In this document: piece after piece, positions 25,914-38,697 of the stretch
Layout: the number at the start of each line of letters is the position of its first letter
Numbering within the stretch: position 1 is the first letter of the stretch
Assembly: GCA_964270895.1 (NCBI GenBank)
Contig: OZ185436.1
Direction: 5' to 3' (one strand)
Source: Podarcis filfolensis
Lineage: Eukaryota
Length of the DNA: 64,000 bases
Notes under the pieces: model-generated
The model's input: the letters and a program-made list of their open reading frames with translations, nothing else
What the model was told of the DNA's origin: nothing
Database searches by the model: none
Program-made: the position numbers and the translations under genes

Positions 25914-26440
25914 GTAGCCTTTTTCAAACTATTGCACTTGTTATGCTGTGTGGTCTGCTTCACAAAGCAAATACATGGTTCTCAGTTATTGGTGCAAATT
26001 TTAAAAATATTCTTTCTTTGTGGTGTACAATACATGCCTTCATCAAACATTGCAAACTCACTGTCATTATCCTTAAGAGACAAAAACCAAACTTGTCATT
26101 TGAGAGGGGTGCATTGTGTTTCAGGCTATTTGAGGTCTAACTACCAAGATAGTACAAAGTCCTCTTAATTTTTTTTTAAGTAAAGTTTACTTCCTCCTCC
26201 ACTCAAAATGTTCTATGCACAGAGAGAAAAATCTGGTGCCCATGATCAAAATAAATTCTAATGTGTTGTTACCATTGGCCCTTACTTTCTGAACATTGGT
26301 GGAACCAAGCCTTATTTTAAACTTATCATTTTTTTTAACTAAGAGATTGTTTATTGGAATATGAGAATGAAAATAAGGTATACTGCATTCATAGCCTTAT
26401 TTCTGTCATTTGGCTGGCTGCTCATTATTTGATGTATAGG

Positions 26441-26453
26441 ATTTTGCCAAAGG
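26441..26453 (+). CDS. WNK2: Candidate 13-nt microexon (W-ILPK) restoring phase between the large exon and the 28207 exon
   Basis: tattttgatgtatag|GATTTTGCCAAAG|gtgaga, with a strong donor. Phase 2 + 13 nt gives phase 0. Confidence 0.35.
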
Positions 26454-26716
26454 TGAGATCAAGGTAGGAATTCTGTGCTCTTCCTTCTTCCCAAGTCTAA
26501 TGAAGAAGTCTGCATGTAGATATTGACTCTGCAATATCTTTTGCCCCTTTCTAGTGGGTTCTATTTCCCAAGGAAGATTTCCTGTTCCGATAAACACATT
26601 TATCAGTACATTTATTAACTTCTTCCTGTAGTGATAGAAGTGAGGAGAGGCGTGCACAAATCTGACATCTGCTCCTAATCTCACCCTGGGAAGAATTTGG
26701 GGCAAGTAACAAGTGC

Positions 26717-27072
26717 GGGCCATGGGTGGCGCTGTGGGTTAAACCACAGAGCCTAGGACTTGTGAATCAGAAGGTCGGTGGTTCAAATCCCCATGACGGG
26801 GTGAGCTCCTGTTGCTCAATCCCTGCTCCTGTCAACATAGCAGTTCGAAAGCATGTCAAAGTGCAAGTAGATAAATAGGTACCGCTCCGGCGGGAAGGTA
26901 AACGGCGTTTCTGTGTGCTGCTCTGGTTTGCCAGAAGCGGCTTAGTCATGCTGGCCACATGACCTGGAAGCTGTACGCCAGCTTCCTTGGCCAATAAAGC
27001 GAGATGAGCGCCACAACCCCAGAGTTGGTCACGACTGGACCTGATGGTCAGGGGTCCCTTTACCTTTACCTT
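26717..27072 (+). mobile_element. Full-length Sauria SINE (lacertid POM-like) with 9-bp TSD
   Basis: Head gggtggcgctgtgggttaaaccacagagcc and tail (ACCTTT)2. TSD TAACAAGTG at 26707-26715 and 27073-27081. Confidence 0.93.
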
Positions 27073-28206
27073 TAACAAGTGAACAGATTTTTTTTTTAAA
27101 TGAAAGCTACATGGAGCTGAGTTGTCAAAAGAATCCATTTACATTTTGGGATCCTGAACTGCCAAAAGCCTAATAGGGCCCACCCTAATATCAGTTGTTG
27201 TGATGTTATTTTGGCCAGCAGCATGAACACATGTTGAATACTAGCTCTGTGAATTCATTATTACATCCACACTATTGCATACTTAGTTGAATCCCACCCT
27301 ATGAAACTTTTCTCCAGTGTATGGGTTCATTCAGCTAAGGGTAAAGGCCTTAATTCCAGGGACTGGAGAGCATGAGAGAGATGTGCTTTAGCCATTTGCT
27401 AGTCCCTACACTCTTTAACCAGGATTTGGCACACTACCAACTTTGGCTGATAGTGCCCTATTAGTGCAGTCTGGCACCTCCTGGGTGCCATAACCACATG
27501 AAATGCCTACCTTCTTTATAAGGCGTTAATCAGGGGTGGGCCAAAGGCGAATAACAAATTCAATTGATTATCCTTGGCGTATGGATGATTTCATAATCGT
27601 AACTAGATTCCCCCAGAATTTACTAAAAATTGCAATATACACCTAAACACTCCACACATATTATGTCATACTTACGACTCGAACACTGGAATTTAATGAA
27701 TTGGTGTTTGTGAGTCGAGAACCCACCACCCACTTAGGGATAAATAAGACACAAGGACACATGTATTTTAGGTTAATGGGCTAAATAAGGCCACAGCTTT
27801 ATTGGTTACAGCATGTAAGTGGTATTGGCTTAGGCATTGGATCAAACAATCAATATATGACTCCACCCAACTCAGTGGGGAGACATTTGAAGGTTAACAA
27901 ACAGTGGGAGGAGCTTGTTGATGCAAATACAACTGGAAGCTTCCCCTGATGTCACTGGGGGTCGTGCCATGGCCCTAGCCACCAGCAGGGCATCGGACAG
28001 GATCCACGACCCCCAGATTCAGCTATCTAAGAAAGACTAACATGGAACCTGGAAAATGGAAGAAAGCAGGTTACTGGTGTGTGATATACCTGTTTTAGGA
28101 TAAATATGAAATAAGCTTGAGAGACAATGCATACATATTTCTATGTAAATCAAACATTCTGCTTTCTTTTGAAAGGTTAATTTGTATTTTGGTCCTTTTA
28201 TTAAAG

Positions 28207-28279
28207 GTGAGAAAAGCAGAAGTTACTTCTACCAGCATCCAGCCCTCAGAAATAACTCATGGATCAACAAGCAGAGCAG
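28207..28279 (+). CDS. WNK2: WNK2 73-nt exon (VRKAEVTSTSIQPSEITHGSTSRA-G)
   Basis: ccttttattaaag| acceptor and |gtagca donor. Same length and position as the remembered human VEKSELAPTRGAVMEQGTSSSMT-A segment. Confidence 0.8.
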
Positions 28280-29919
28280 GTAGCATCAATGAATTTAATG
28301 TCTATTCTTCCTAATAGATACCCTTCAGACCAACTAACGTCAATGACTGGCAATAATTCTAGGAATCAAATTATGTGTAGTTGGGAATGTTCCTTCAGAT
28401 ATAGCTTCAGCAACTACATCAGAAACTTAAATATTTGCCTTAATTCATATGTAACTACTTACTAATTATGCGTAAGGATATGTTATATCTAAATTTTTAA
28501 CATATGATACAAAATATGGTACATTTAAACCCAGTTTGGGTAATACTTGCCCCAACATGTAATGTGTGAATGAGATCACATTAATTTGACCACATGGCCT
28601 GGGCCGATAAGCATTATAATTATGTTTTAAAAAGAGGCAAGCATTATACAAGTGTTATTAATCCAGGGCAAAAAAATCATCATCATCATCATCAACAACA
28701 ACAACAACAGCCAGTATTAACCTGTCACAATAGCAAAGAAAAGATTTAAGGAAATATCATAGACATCTTTATACAGAATCTGATTGAGATTTCCGGTTGC
28801 CAAATTAGCTGACCTGTGTACATATATACCTCTGACCCTTCTAAGGAGTCTTAATGTGGCTGGAGGTGGCATGTGCAGACTGCATCACCATCTGTGATCT
28901 CCATAACTTTCCCAGTATGAACTGGATGCTATAGCGTAGATGCAAAAGGTGGAGGTTTGAACATGCTTACCTATTGTGTTCAAAGTCAGTCCACCCTCGT
29001 ATTTTGAAATCTAGAATACTGAAAGTAATTTGTCATGGACTGGGAGGATGTAAAATGTGTAGATGCAGCCTGATCTGCCGAGGAGCTACATGTATTAATC
29101 TCACCCACCATGGGCACATCTCCTTCCTTTAGACCTTGCTTCCATAGGGTGAATGCATGAAAAAGCAAGGACAATTATCGCACATATAATATTGGAATCA
29201 AGCCTACAATTCAAGCTTACACATGTTGGATGTTTTTGCGTGTAAGCTCTAGTGCAAATCAAACACCCACAAATCAGACACTGGGGCTGATCATGTGCTC
29301 ACTGTGGGTGGGGCAAGCTGTTGTGATCTCATTCCTTTATCACATATATTCAATTGAGCTGCCCAGGAAGCCCTTTTAAGGACCAAAATATAGGGTGTAA
29401 AAGATCTTATAAGGAAAAGGCTTATCAGAGCTGTTAATCATATCCATTGCGTGCAGATAAACATCCAATTCTTTCCATTAAAGCCTTCTTAATCTTTTTC
29501 ACTCAATTCTACAGAGAAATGTGGAAATGCCCAGTTCATTACACTGAAAAAGAATATTCAAATGTGGGGGAGAGAGCTCCTGTGCTTGGGTCTCGCTTGC
29601 AGATTTCCCATGGGCATCTCGTTGGTCACTTGTGAGAACAGAATGCTGGATCAGATGGGCCAGCAGGCTCTTCTTATAGTCTTACATCATGAACATTGGG
29701 ATGGTTTCAAAACTTGCATCTGCCATCATAATTTACATTGTGTTCTATAGACATGAGCTGTAATCTTGCACATTGCTATGACCCATTGACACCGGGATTT
29801 CAGCCTTGTGCAGCATCTATGCACGATACCATTAAGATATGCGTGTGTTGTGTGTTCTTTTTTAAAAAAATATGTCTGCTCATATGTGTGTCCATTTTTG
29901 TTTCCAATGCATTAAACAG

Positions 29920-29975
29920 GACAAGCTGCAAACATTACTTCCGCTTCTGTTGGCACACCATCAGGACTCCCTCAG
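29920..29975 (+). CDS. WNK2: WNK2 56-nt exon (G-QAANITSASVGTPSGLPQ)
   Basis: ttaaacag| acceptor and |gtattc donor. Phase 1 in and phase 0 out bridge the flanking exons. The end resembles human VVPSVPQ. Confidence 0.78.
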
Positions 29976-30049
29976 GTATTCTGAACTTACAATTTACCTG
30001 TGTATTGTTTTCCTTTCTACATTGTCATCTCATTCTTACAGCACTTGGT

Positions 30050-30215
30050 GTTAGAGCACCTGCTTTACATACAGGAAGTCCCAAATTCAATCTCTCCCAT
30101 GTCAAGATAGGGTTGGAAAAGACTCCTGCTGGATACCCTGAGTTGCTGCCAGTCAGTATACAGAAACTGACAAATGATCTGGCACACCACAAGGCAACTT
30201 TCCATGTTCTGGTGT
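30050..30215 (+). mobile_element. Degraded tRNA-derived SINE
   Basis: tagagcacctgctttacatacaggaagtcccaaattcaatc head, followed by aaagactcctgc...gctgccagtcagt as in common squamate SINEs. Confidence 0.6.
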
Positions 30216-30472
30216 ACTAATCAAAACTAGGGCTGGTGACATAGGGTCATATCCAGTGCTGCACAAGCCACTCACCCTTTCTCTGCACCCACAGATCTGA
30301 CTCAGAGGGTCCCCAATCATTGAGCAGATTTTGAGGGTGTGTGGTAGGCTGGCGAGGGAAGAGGAAAGTGAAGTTCCGTTGCATAAGTGGAAGTCCGTTA
30401 CACAGGTGTAGCAGCAGCATTAGAGACAACCCATGTTCTCCAACTAGACTGTGTTCTTGTATGTTACTTCAG

Positions 30473-31089
30473 GTTGCTCAGAAAGATGCTTCTAAGAGGA
30501 GTGAAAAGGAAAATACTGCGCCGTTACTTGAAGAGAACAGTAAATCTGAAAAGGATGACTCTGTGGACTCGAGCTGTAGTGAGAAACAAGCTGAAACACA
30601 CGACAGCACACCAGCAAAAACTATTGGCAGATTTTCAGTGGTCAGTACACAGGATGAGTTAACTTTACCACCTGTGCATTCCTTGAGATACTCTGCACCA
30701 CCAGATGTTTATTTAGATGATCAACCTTCTAGCCCTGATATGAAGACTTCTTTGCGGCGTGTGCAGACAGCATCCTCTATCGATGTACTTTGTGGTCAGG
30801 ATTCTAGTGATTCTGGCGATGAATCTCTTCAAAGGAAACCATCTGCAGCTCCACCATCACCACAGAGCAGTAGTGCAGGAAATGACTACGTGAAAAAGAC
30901 CTCATCTTTTCTGCAAAAGTCTGGAAAGTCCAGTTCACAAGGCCTTGATTCTCCTAATGGTCATGGATCAAAAATCCCAACCATCAACATAACTTCTTTC
31001 CATTCACAATCATCATATGTGAGCAGTGACAATGACTCAGAGTTTGAAGATGCAGACATGAAGAAAGAATTGCAGCACCTGAGGGAAAA
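30473..31089 (+). CDS. WNK2: WNK2 coding exon with RFxV SPAK/OSR1-binding motif (GRFSVVS...LRYSAPPDVYLD...SSDNDSEFEDADMKKELQHLRE-K)
   Basis: tacttcag| acceptor and |gtatgt donor. Strong match to the remembered human AKTVGRFSVVSTQDE and HSQSSYISSDNDSE motifs. Confidence 0.97.
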
Positions 31090-31289
31090 GTATGTTTCAT
31101 TTCCATCAGAATGTCTGGTGTCATTTTGTGCGTTTGTGATATTTTTACAGCATTTAATCAGTTTCTGTTTCTTTCCTGCGCGTTTATTACAAGTTGGAGT
31201 TGCTTGATATTACAAGTAAATCAACTTCCTTCTTTTGGCCTAGTTCTCCTGAGCTGACAGTCAAGTATCTGGACGGCATCACGTAAGGT

Positions 31290-31561
31290 TAAAGGTGAAG
31301 GACTGAGGTTGAAGGATGGCTTCAAAGGAGGATTAGACAAATACATGGAGGCTGTCAGTGGCTGCTAACACTGATGCCTATGTTCTACCTCCATTGTTAA
31401 GAGGCAGCGTGCTCTGAATACCAGTTGCTGGAATTCAGGAGAGGAGAGGGCTGTTGTGCTCAGGTCCTGCTTGCAGACTTCCCATGGGCACCTGGTTGGC
31501 GACTGTGAGAAATGGAGAGTGGACCCAGTGGCTGGTCTAGCAGGCTCTGGTTTATGTTCTT
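31290..31561 (+). mobile_element. CR1 LINE 3' fragment (a related piece lies at ~29560-29685)
   Basis: ggatggcttcaaaggaggattagacaaatacatggagg ... gcttgcagacttcccatgggcacctggttggc...tgtgaga ... ttatgttct, a CR1-type 3' end. Confidence 0.7.
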
Positions 31562-32299
31562 CAGTTGGAGCAGTTTATTCCCCTTCTCTTTATTTTATAG
31601 GTGTTTTCCATTGTTGAAGATTATAGGCCTTAATATATGAACCTCACACTTAGTCTGAAGTGGTAGAGTCCCAACACAGTAAGAACTAGGCCTATATCAG
31701 AACATCTGAGAAGCAACAATGTCATCATGACCCATGACACTTGTGGATGATATCTTAATATAAAGTAAACACAGTTTTTCTTTCCATTAACAGGACACGT
31801 CTTCCAGCTCCCCCCCCCCACATGTCCCTAAAACTGTTCCTCTTTCTCTCACTATTCTGTTGCCCTCATCTAACTTCATGTGAAGCTTTGATCCTGTCCT
31901 CTTCTAAAACCACATAGCCATCTTCCTTGTCATTTCTCCTCCTTTCCATCACAGTATCAACCTACGCCTTTCATCTAACTCCTCCCCTTCTGTATTCATA
32001 TATGCCACTGTTCACCCTAGTCTCCCTCTCCAATTTCTCTTCTGACCTTTAACTCCTCCTAGTACATTTTGCATATTTCAGCTTTCTTCTTACTTTGTTT
32101 CCTTCAACTCTGCTGTTGATCACATTACATTACATTAATTTAATTACTTAATTTCTACACCACCCTTTCTCCAAACGGTGGCCACCTTCAGCATTTCACT
32201 AATGCTACTTTCACCCAAATCACCAGTAATTTCCTTGTGGAGAAAGGGAGGATGCTCAGGAAAGCCTTGCACACCTATTTCTTGTCCAACAGCTGCCCT

Positions 32300-32680
32300 G
32301 CAGTGCTGCCAGCTGGGTTTTACGATTCTGTAGTTGCTACCACTACCACCCTGAAAAGGAGGAGCAACCAGGACTATTCAGTTAATTGTTCAATCCTGGC
32401 ATCCTGGACCAGTGCACCTCCAGCCAATCCATCGCCATTTCTTACCATGACTACTGCAACCTTCTCCTGTTTGGTTTTCCATTTTCTTAACTTGGTCCCC
32501 TTACCTCTATTCCACTCTCTTTCAAAATAATTCACCCTTTTCATTGCTCTTCTCATGTGTCATTCCTTTTTAAAGCTCTGCACTGGCTTCCTGTCCACTC
32601 CTGCATCATGCACAAGCTTTTCAGTATTAACTTTTAATAGCCTTCGTGGTCATGCCTCCTTTTCTTTTCCTACACAGGAT
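32300..32680 (+). mobile_element. Old L2 LINE ORF2 remnant
   Basis: Encodes DYCNLLLFG (from 32449) and LHWLPV (32578-32595), hallmark L2 C-terminal motifs, in disrupted frames. Confidence 0.7.
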
Positions 32681-32984
32681 TTTTTGTGTGTGTCCCAGGT
32701 GGTATCATATGACTGGTTTTCTATTGAAATATTTGCTTAACTCAGAGTTTGGGGTATATCTCATGCAGTGTGCATGAAAAAGACTGCCTGTGATCCTAAT
32801 GTGGATACTATGTACAAATTATATATTAGACATATGCTGTGTGTGTGTGTGTGTGTGTGTGTGTTTTACGCACGCACGCATGCACACACACACACACAGC
32901 CTTCTGGATCAGGCAAATAACCCATCTAGTGCAGAATCCTGTTCTTACAGCTGCCAAACAGAAGCCTGTGGGAAACCTGCAGGC

Positions 32985-33453
32985 AGGATCCAAGCACTCG
33001 CCCCTCCTGTGGTTTCCAGCAACAAGTATTCAAAAGCATTGCTGCCTCCAACTGTGGAGGCAGAGCATAGCCATCATGGCTAGTAGCATCCCATAGCCTT
33101 CTCCTACTTAAATCTGTCTAATCCTCTTTCAGAACCATCCAGCTTGGTGACCATCACTGCCTCCTGTTGGAGTGAGTCCCATTGTTCAGCTGTGCGCCGC
33201 ATGAAGAAGTCATTTATTTTCTCTGTCCTGAATCTTCCCAACATTCAGCTTTATTAGTGGTCCATGAGTTCTAGTGTTATGAGAGAGGGAGGAAAACTTT
33301 TCTCTATGTGCTTTCTGCATAATTTTATAAACGTCTTATCAGGTCACCTCTTATTCACCTTTTCTCCAAACTAAAAAGTTGCAACCTTTCTTCATAGGGG
33401 AGTTGCTTCATCCCCTTGATTATTTTCGTTGCCCTTTTCTGAACCTTTTCCAA
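32985..33453 (-). mobile_element. CR1 LINE 3' fragment, antisense
   Basis: Reverse complement of CR1 3'-end motifs (gcctccaactgtggaggcagagcatagccatcatggctagtagc; ccttttctccaaactaaaaag; gttgcccttttctgaaccttttcc). Confidence 0.75.
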
Positions 33454-33518
33454 CACACACACACACACACTTAAGCAGCACTTTGAATTTGATGTAACAA
33501 CCTGTTTCTGTTCTTCAG

Positions 33519-33733
33519 ACACATGAAAGAAATTACTGAGCTGCAGACTCAGCAGAAGAAAGAAATAGAAGCCCTGTACATCCGACTGGGGAAGCCTTTA
33601 CCACCAAATATCGGGTTCCTTCATTCTGCCCCGCCAACTGGCCGTCGACGAAGAACCAGCAAGAGCAAATTAAAAACTGGGAAATTAATAAATCCTGTTG
33701 TTCAACAGCTCAAAACAACAACATCCAGTACAA
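33519..33733 (+). CDS. WNK2: WNK2 C-terminal coiled-coil exon (HMKEITELQTQQKKEIEALYIRLGKPLPP...TTSST)
   Basis: ttcttcag| acceptor and |gtacgt donor. Conserved WNK coiled-coil and LGKPLPP motif. Confidence 0.97.
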
Positions 33734-34571
33734 GTACGTACATCAGATAACTTTCTCCTATGGGTACCTTTACCAGTGCTATCCTTTTGCTGCCACATGT
33801 TTACGAAGTGCACATGATGTGTAGTGAAAAGCATCTGTGTCAGTTTTACATTTGCATTGTTCTGGCAGAGAGACTCAAGACTTCAAATTGAGGACTTCTT
33901 TTGTAAGGCAGTGGTTTTGGGGTTTTTTACATTTGCACTATTTGACCCCAGAACAAACGAAGGCCTGTTAAAATGGATTTACTTAGATTGACCTTTAGCA
34001 CATTTTCCTGTTGCGCAAATTAACACGTAAATCCAGCACTGAAGCAACATTAGACACCACCGCAGCAACAGCATATGGAAACATTTGTAAAACCTTATTT
34101 CTAGGTATAAGACTGCGTCTTGATTAGAAGATGGTATTCTTCTGCCTGGTTGCAGCTTAGTCTTTATGATCTGAGCATGATCCAGCTCAGTATTGGGGAA
34201 GCAGCAGGCCCAATAGAGTTCTGCTTATGTCTTTCTTCCCCTTGGCACACCAAGCCATTAGTAGGCATGGGGAGGGTGGCATGCACGGAAGAAGCATGAC
34301 ATTCATGTTCCTCCACATGTGGCTGTACCTATATAGGATATATTTATATTAACATCAGTAATAGCAAAACACCATTTTTTTCTAAAAAGATAAAATAAAA
34401 TTGGGGGGCGGGACCACCCTAATTCTCATAATGCACTTAAAAACCCTACAGACTGTTTTATGATTTAGTTGCTTTTTGTTTCTGTTGGGTGGTATTCAAC
34501 TAATTTTTACACAGAATAGACCAACTGAAATGAATGAACATGACCACATTATGTGCATTAATTTCAGTAGT

Positions 34572-35210
34572 TGTGGGTCCAGGCATTGTGCTCCCCAGTC
34601 CTCAACCTCAGATAAATAAAAGACCACTAAGACTGGATTTGGATCGAAACAGGCCACAACTTTATTGAATACAGATGAAAGAGGTTTGGCTTGGGCATGG
34701 GACAATCAAAATACTTCCGGCCCGCCCACTGGAAGTGACACACAGGTCAATCCAGGCGGCGGTTCCTAAGACTTACATCAAATAGGGTGACCCCCGAATC
34801 CCTTTAATGGGATACCCCAGCGTTTGGAGCAGCAGGCGGAAACTACAATCTCCTCTCCATCCAAGACAAAGGATTGCCCCAATGCCCAACTCAGTTGCAG
34901 CGATTGCTATGAGGTAGGCAAAGCCACTAGGTTGGAGCCAATTCACCCGGTGGACAAATTCCTACCCAGCCCCATAAAATGGCGACCACAGCAAAGTCCT
35001 TGACTATCAACTTGAACCAAGGGTGGGGAACCTGACGAGGGGAAAGCAGGTAGGGTCCCAGGTGTAGGCCGTTTAAATGGCCAGGGAGCGGACCCGAGGG
35101 AAGCCTTCCTGCCGGCTCCACCCCCTCGCCAAGCCCATGTCCTAGCCTGCATCCCCGTTCATCAAACCGGGATGCAGGCTCCTGATAGGCGGTGCGGGCT
35201 TACACCCACG
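34572..35210 (-). mobile_element. LTR-like element (possible solo LTR); related copy at ~27709-28050
   Basis: GC/CpG-rich island in an AT-rich intron. Starts TGTGGG and has TTTATT (antisense AATAAA) near 34660. Shares gataaataa...aggccaca.ctttattg...ggctt.ggcat.gg...acaatcaa with 27730-27850. No TSD found. Confidence 0.45.
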
Positions 35211-37485
35211 ATATCTATCAGGAAGGGGCACTGGTGTTAGGATTCTCTCATCAGGGGGCCTGGTGGAACCTCTGCTGTCCCTCAACACTGCCTCACAAAA
35301 AGGGTGAGTGGACTTGGAACTCAATGTAGTGCTGAGGAGATTGCTGGTGTAATGCAGTCCTCCACACCCCACACTGTTCTGTGGAATCTTCCAAGAGCAG
35401 ATTTGAGGGAGGGGTGTGGGGTATGGCAGCCAAGCCCCCTTGCACTAGCAGGAGTTCTTGCACTGGCTTCTCCTAGTGGAATGGGGTAGACGACTTATCT
35501 TTTTAACATTTGTTTTATTTTTCTGTATACTAGGCTGAAGATATAATGGGTGATATTAAAAAGCACCTTTTAAATTGAATGTTCCCACCTCTCATTTTTG
35601 TCTGCCCAAAAGGAAGAATGTGCTACCCTTGGGAATCACCCACTTCCCGCAGTCTTTGCTGTAGCTAACGTGGGGCATGTTCCCTGCAACCTTTGCATAG
35701 AAAATGCTGTAGCATTTTTCCATACTAAGTTATGAACTTTTTGTGTTTGAAACTTATTTACAAGGGGATTTTTTGCTTCCATCCCATATGTTTCCAACCA
35801 CTGTCAGCAGTTTTAAAGTAAATTGGGGGCAGAGGGAAAGAATCCTTGTAAAACTCTTTAATATCTTCATTACCACGCCTACTCATTGCGTAAAAGTTGA
35901 TAGGTGAAGACCATCTTTTCTCCCTAATCTCTATTCTCCAGAGAATGGGACAATGAATTATTATTTCTGACTAATTTCTACTTTAAAATGTGAAGGCCAT
36001 TGAAGTTCCTGGAGAAAGGGAGGACGGGTTTTGCTCAGCCATTCCATCTGATAGAGTGGCTCAATCTTGCAGTGTTTTTCTGAAATGATTCCTTTCAGTC
36101 TTCCCCCCCAACTGCCCTCAACCCAGGTGAGAACTATTGCTTTTTTCTCACAATGCAGAAGTGCAGTTTCATCTCTGCCCTTTATCCAGTTTCTTCTTCT
36201 TCTAGGGCTATTCATTCATAGGATGTTGGGAAATGAAGCAAGCTTCTTCAGGGAAGTGATGGTCTCTCCTTTCCCTGGAGATCATTTTAAGGGAAGGCCA
36301 GATGAGTTCCTGTGAAAATGGGTTTAAGTTTGGGTGGCTGGGGGGTGGGGGGTGGGGGTGGGGTGCATTCCACCCAGACTCTGGATGGACTAAGACTTTA
36401 ATCCTTTATGCACCTACTTGGGAGTGAATCCCATTGCATAAACTTTTAGTTATTTCTGAGTGGTCATGCGTAGGATGAGGCCGCGAGTAACTCTTTCAAG
36501 TCTCATGTCTCTTAAAGAATCCAGACAATAACAACACTGTTTTGTGTGCCCATTGGGGTTTTCATCTTGTGTTTCCCAAACAGCAGTCTTTCACAAACAC
36601 ATACATATATCAGATTTCTAAAATACACTTTTTAAAAAATAGTTTGGATTTGGCAATGGCAAAGTCCTGAAAAACCTTTGCCATCACCTAATGTAGCTCT
36701 CTCAGTCATGGCATCCATCAATAATCCTATGTAGGTCTACTCAGATGTAAAATCTCACTGCATTCAGTGGGGTTAGTCAGCATACAAACATAGCTTATGT
36801 CCAAAAAATGTAAAATGGGGTGGCTCTGCAAATTTTGTTGGACCAACTTCTGTTGTTTCCAACCAGCATGACCACAGGTCAGAGACATTAGTAGACAGCA
36901 TGGTGGAGCAGCTGCACTCGCCTGACCCATTGACAACTTAATCACTGCTGTTTACTAGAAGGTGGTGCCAGGGTGAGGTGGTAGGAAGGTCAGCACGGTG
37001 CAAACACTAGATTGGTTTTACTGGTGTGTTTGCATTGTGCCAAACTTCCCACCTCCTCACCTTCTCCTTCTTGGTAAGGAGAAGTGATTCAGCTGTTGGG
37101 AGATCAGGTGAGTACCACTATGCCACCCACTACTGGTCAGGGATCATAGGAATTGTAGTCCAAGGATACCTGTAGGCCCATAGCTTAGCTAAAGGCCCAT
37201 AGCTTAGCTTAGCTATGGGCCTATTGTAAAACTACTGTTTTAAAGCTACTTCTATTGTAAAGCTGCTGTCAGTGTTATTTCATATTATATTGGCATCAAC
37301 AACTTGCAAACTGAACAGCAGGTTGGTTACCTGCAGTTGGAAGTGTTTCAACTGTGCAGCTTCATGCAGCTGTAGATTTCTTGCACTGCTTCAAAATACT
37401 TGAAGCGTTCTTCAGTAATGACCCGCTAGTTGCATCCAATCTTATTTCTTGGCGTTTGGTGATTGTTGCATGTATCCTTTTTTAG

Positions 37486-37701
37486 GTAGTGTATCAGACT
37501 GCAAAGACACTCTGGCTAAAGAAAATGCTAAAGCTCAGACTGGTTCTACTGAAGCAGCAGCACTAACTTCGTCCACATCGGCCATACTTGGAAAGTCAGT
37601 TCAGACCCAGCAACCCTGCTCTGTCAAGGCTTCCTTGTCCACTGACATCTGCTCTGGATTAGCTACTGAGGGAGGCGATGCCCATGAAAATTCTGCCCAA
37701 G
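37486..37701 (+). CDS. WNK2: WNK2 coding exon (SVSDCKD...GKSVQTQQPCSVKASLSTDICSGLA...SAQ), 216 nt, phase 1-1
   Basis: tttttag| acceptor and |gtgatt donor. Matches human GKAVQTQQPCSVRASLSSDICSGLA. Confidence 0.95.
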
Positions 37702-38697
37702 GTGATTCTATATACTTGGGGTCATCATTCCTTCTATACTGAAATTAGCAATTATTTCAACATTGAAAGTGAATTTGTATGACGTTGGGAGTTGCAGGTT
37801 CAAATAGCTGCTCAGCGCACTGACTTGGGCAAGTTACCGTCTCACAGTCTAATCTACTTTATAGAGCGGTTAATAGGATAAATGTGGTAAGAACAGAAAG
37901 GGTCCTATAGTGATGATCACATTATTATAATAGGTCTTCAATTATCGTGAAATTGTAGATGTCCAAGTCATTAATGCATCTTTTGATTATGAGCAATATT
38001 TGAAAGGTTAGTAGTGTGTGAAAAATGAAGCTATCACATGTCTTAGATTCACATTATAGAAGAATTGCCAGTTTTCAAGGAATTGTACATCTTTTTTTTT
38101 AAAAAAAAAGGAAATGGCCCATTGTACATTTAAACAATTTGGTAGGAGGGAAAGGCTGGCTTACTTTTGTTTTGGTTCATATTCTTAAATCCAAAGCTGG
38201 TGCAGAATTTTGTTCCTAAGACATTCTTTCATATTGGGCCTACGCAAATATAGCATGGGAGCAATTAAGCTTTTACCACCTGGCAAGTTAGTTCCGTTAT
38301 TCGCATGGGTTTCTGGCTTCACTAGAAGATCTCTATCTCATTTGAGACACAGTTTCATTTAATAGTAGTATTCGTATCTTGCAGTGCACAGTTCTATAGA
38401 TTAGTCACGATATGTGTAGCAATATTTGTTGCAAAGTGTAATGATGATTAAAAAAACAATACTTTACTCAGTTCTGCATGTCCTGCCAAACTAATCCTAC
38501 AAAGTATCTATTTTCTTCTGCTGTTATTTTTTGCATCCTTTTGCATATAGCCAATGAACTTACTCCTCTTTGGCAAGGCTAAAATGGAGATGTGGATGAT
38601 AAACTAACAAAGCTGATATGACTGATGGTGACAACTGATCTCAGCTATTTGTACTTTATAAGTGTCTTTGTTTTCTTCCCTTTATATTCATTTGCAG

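Noticed and set aside
31800-32130. Long pyrimidine-rich tract considered as an H-DNA element
   Set aside because: Lacks mirror symmetry and adjoins an old L2 remnant, so it is probably decayed repeat.
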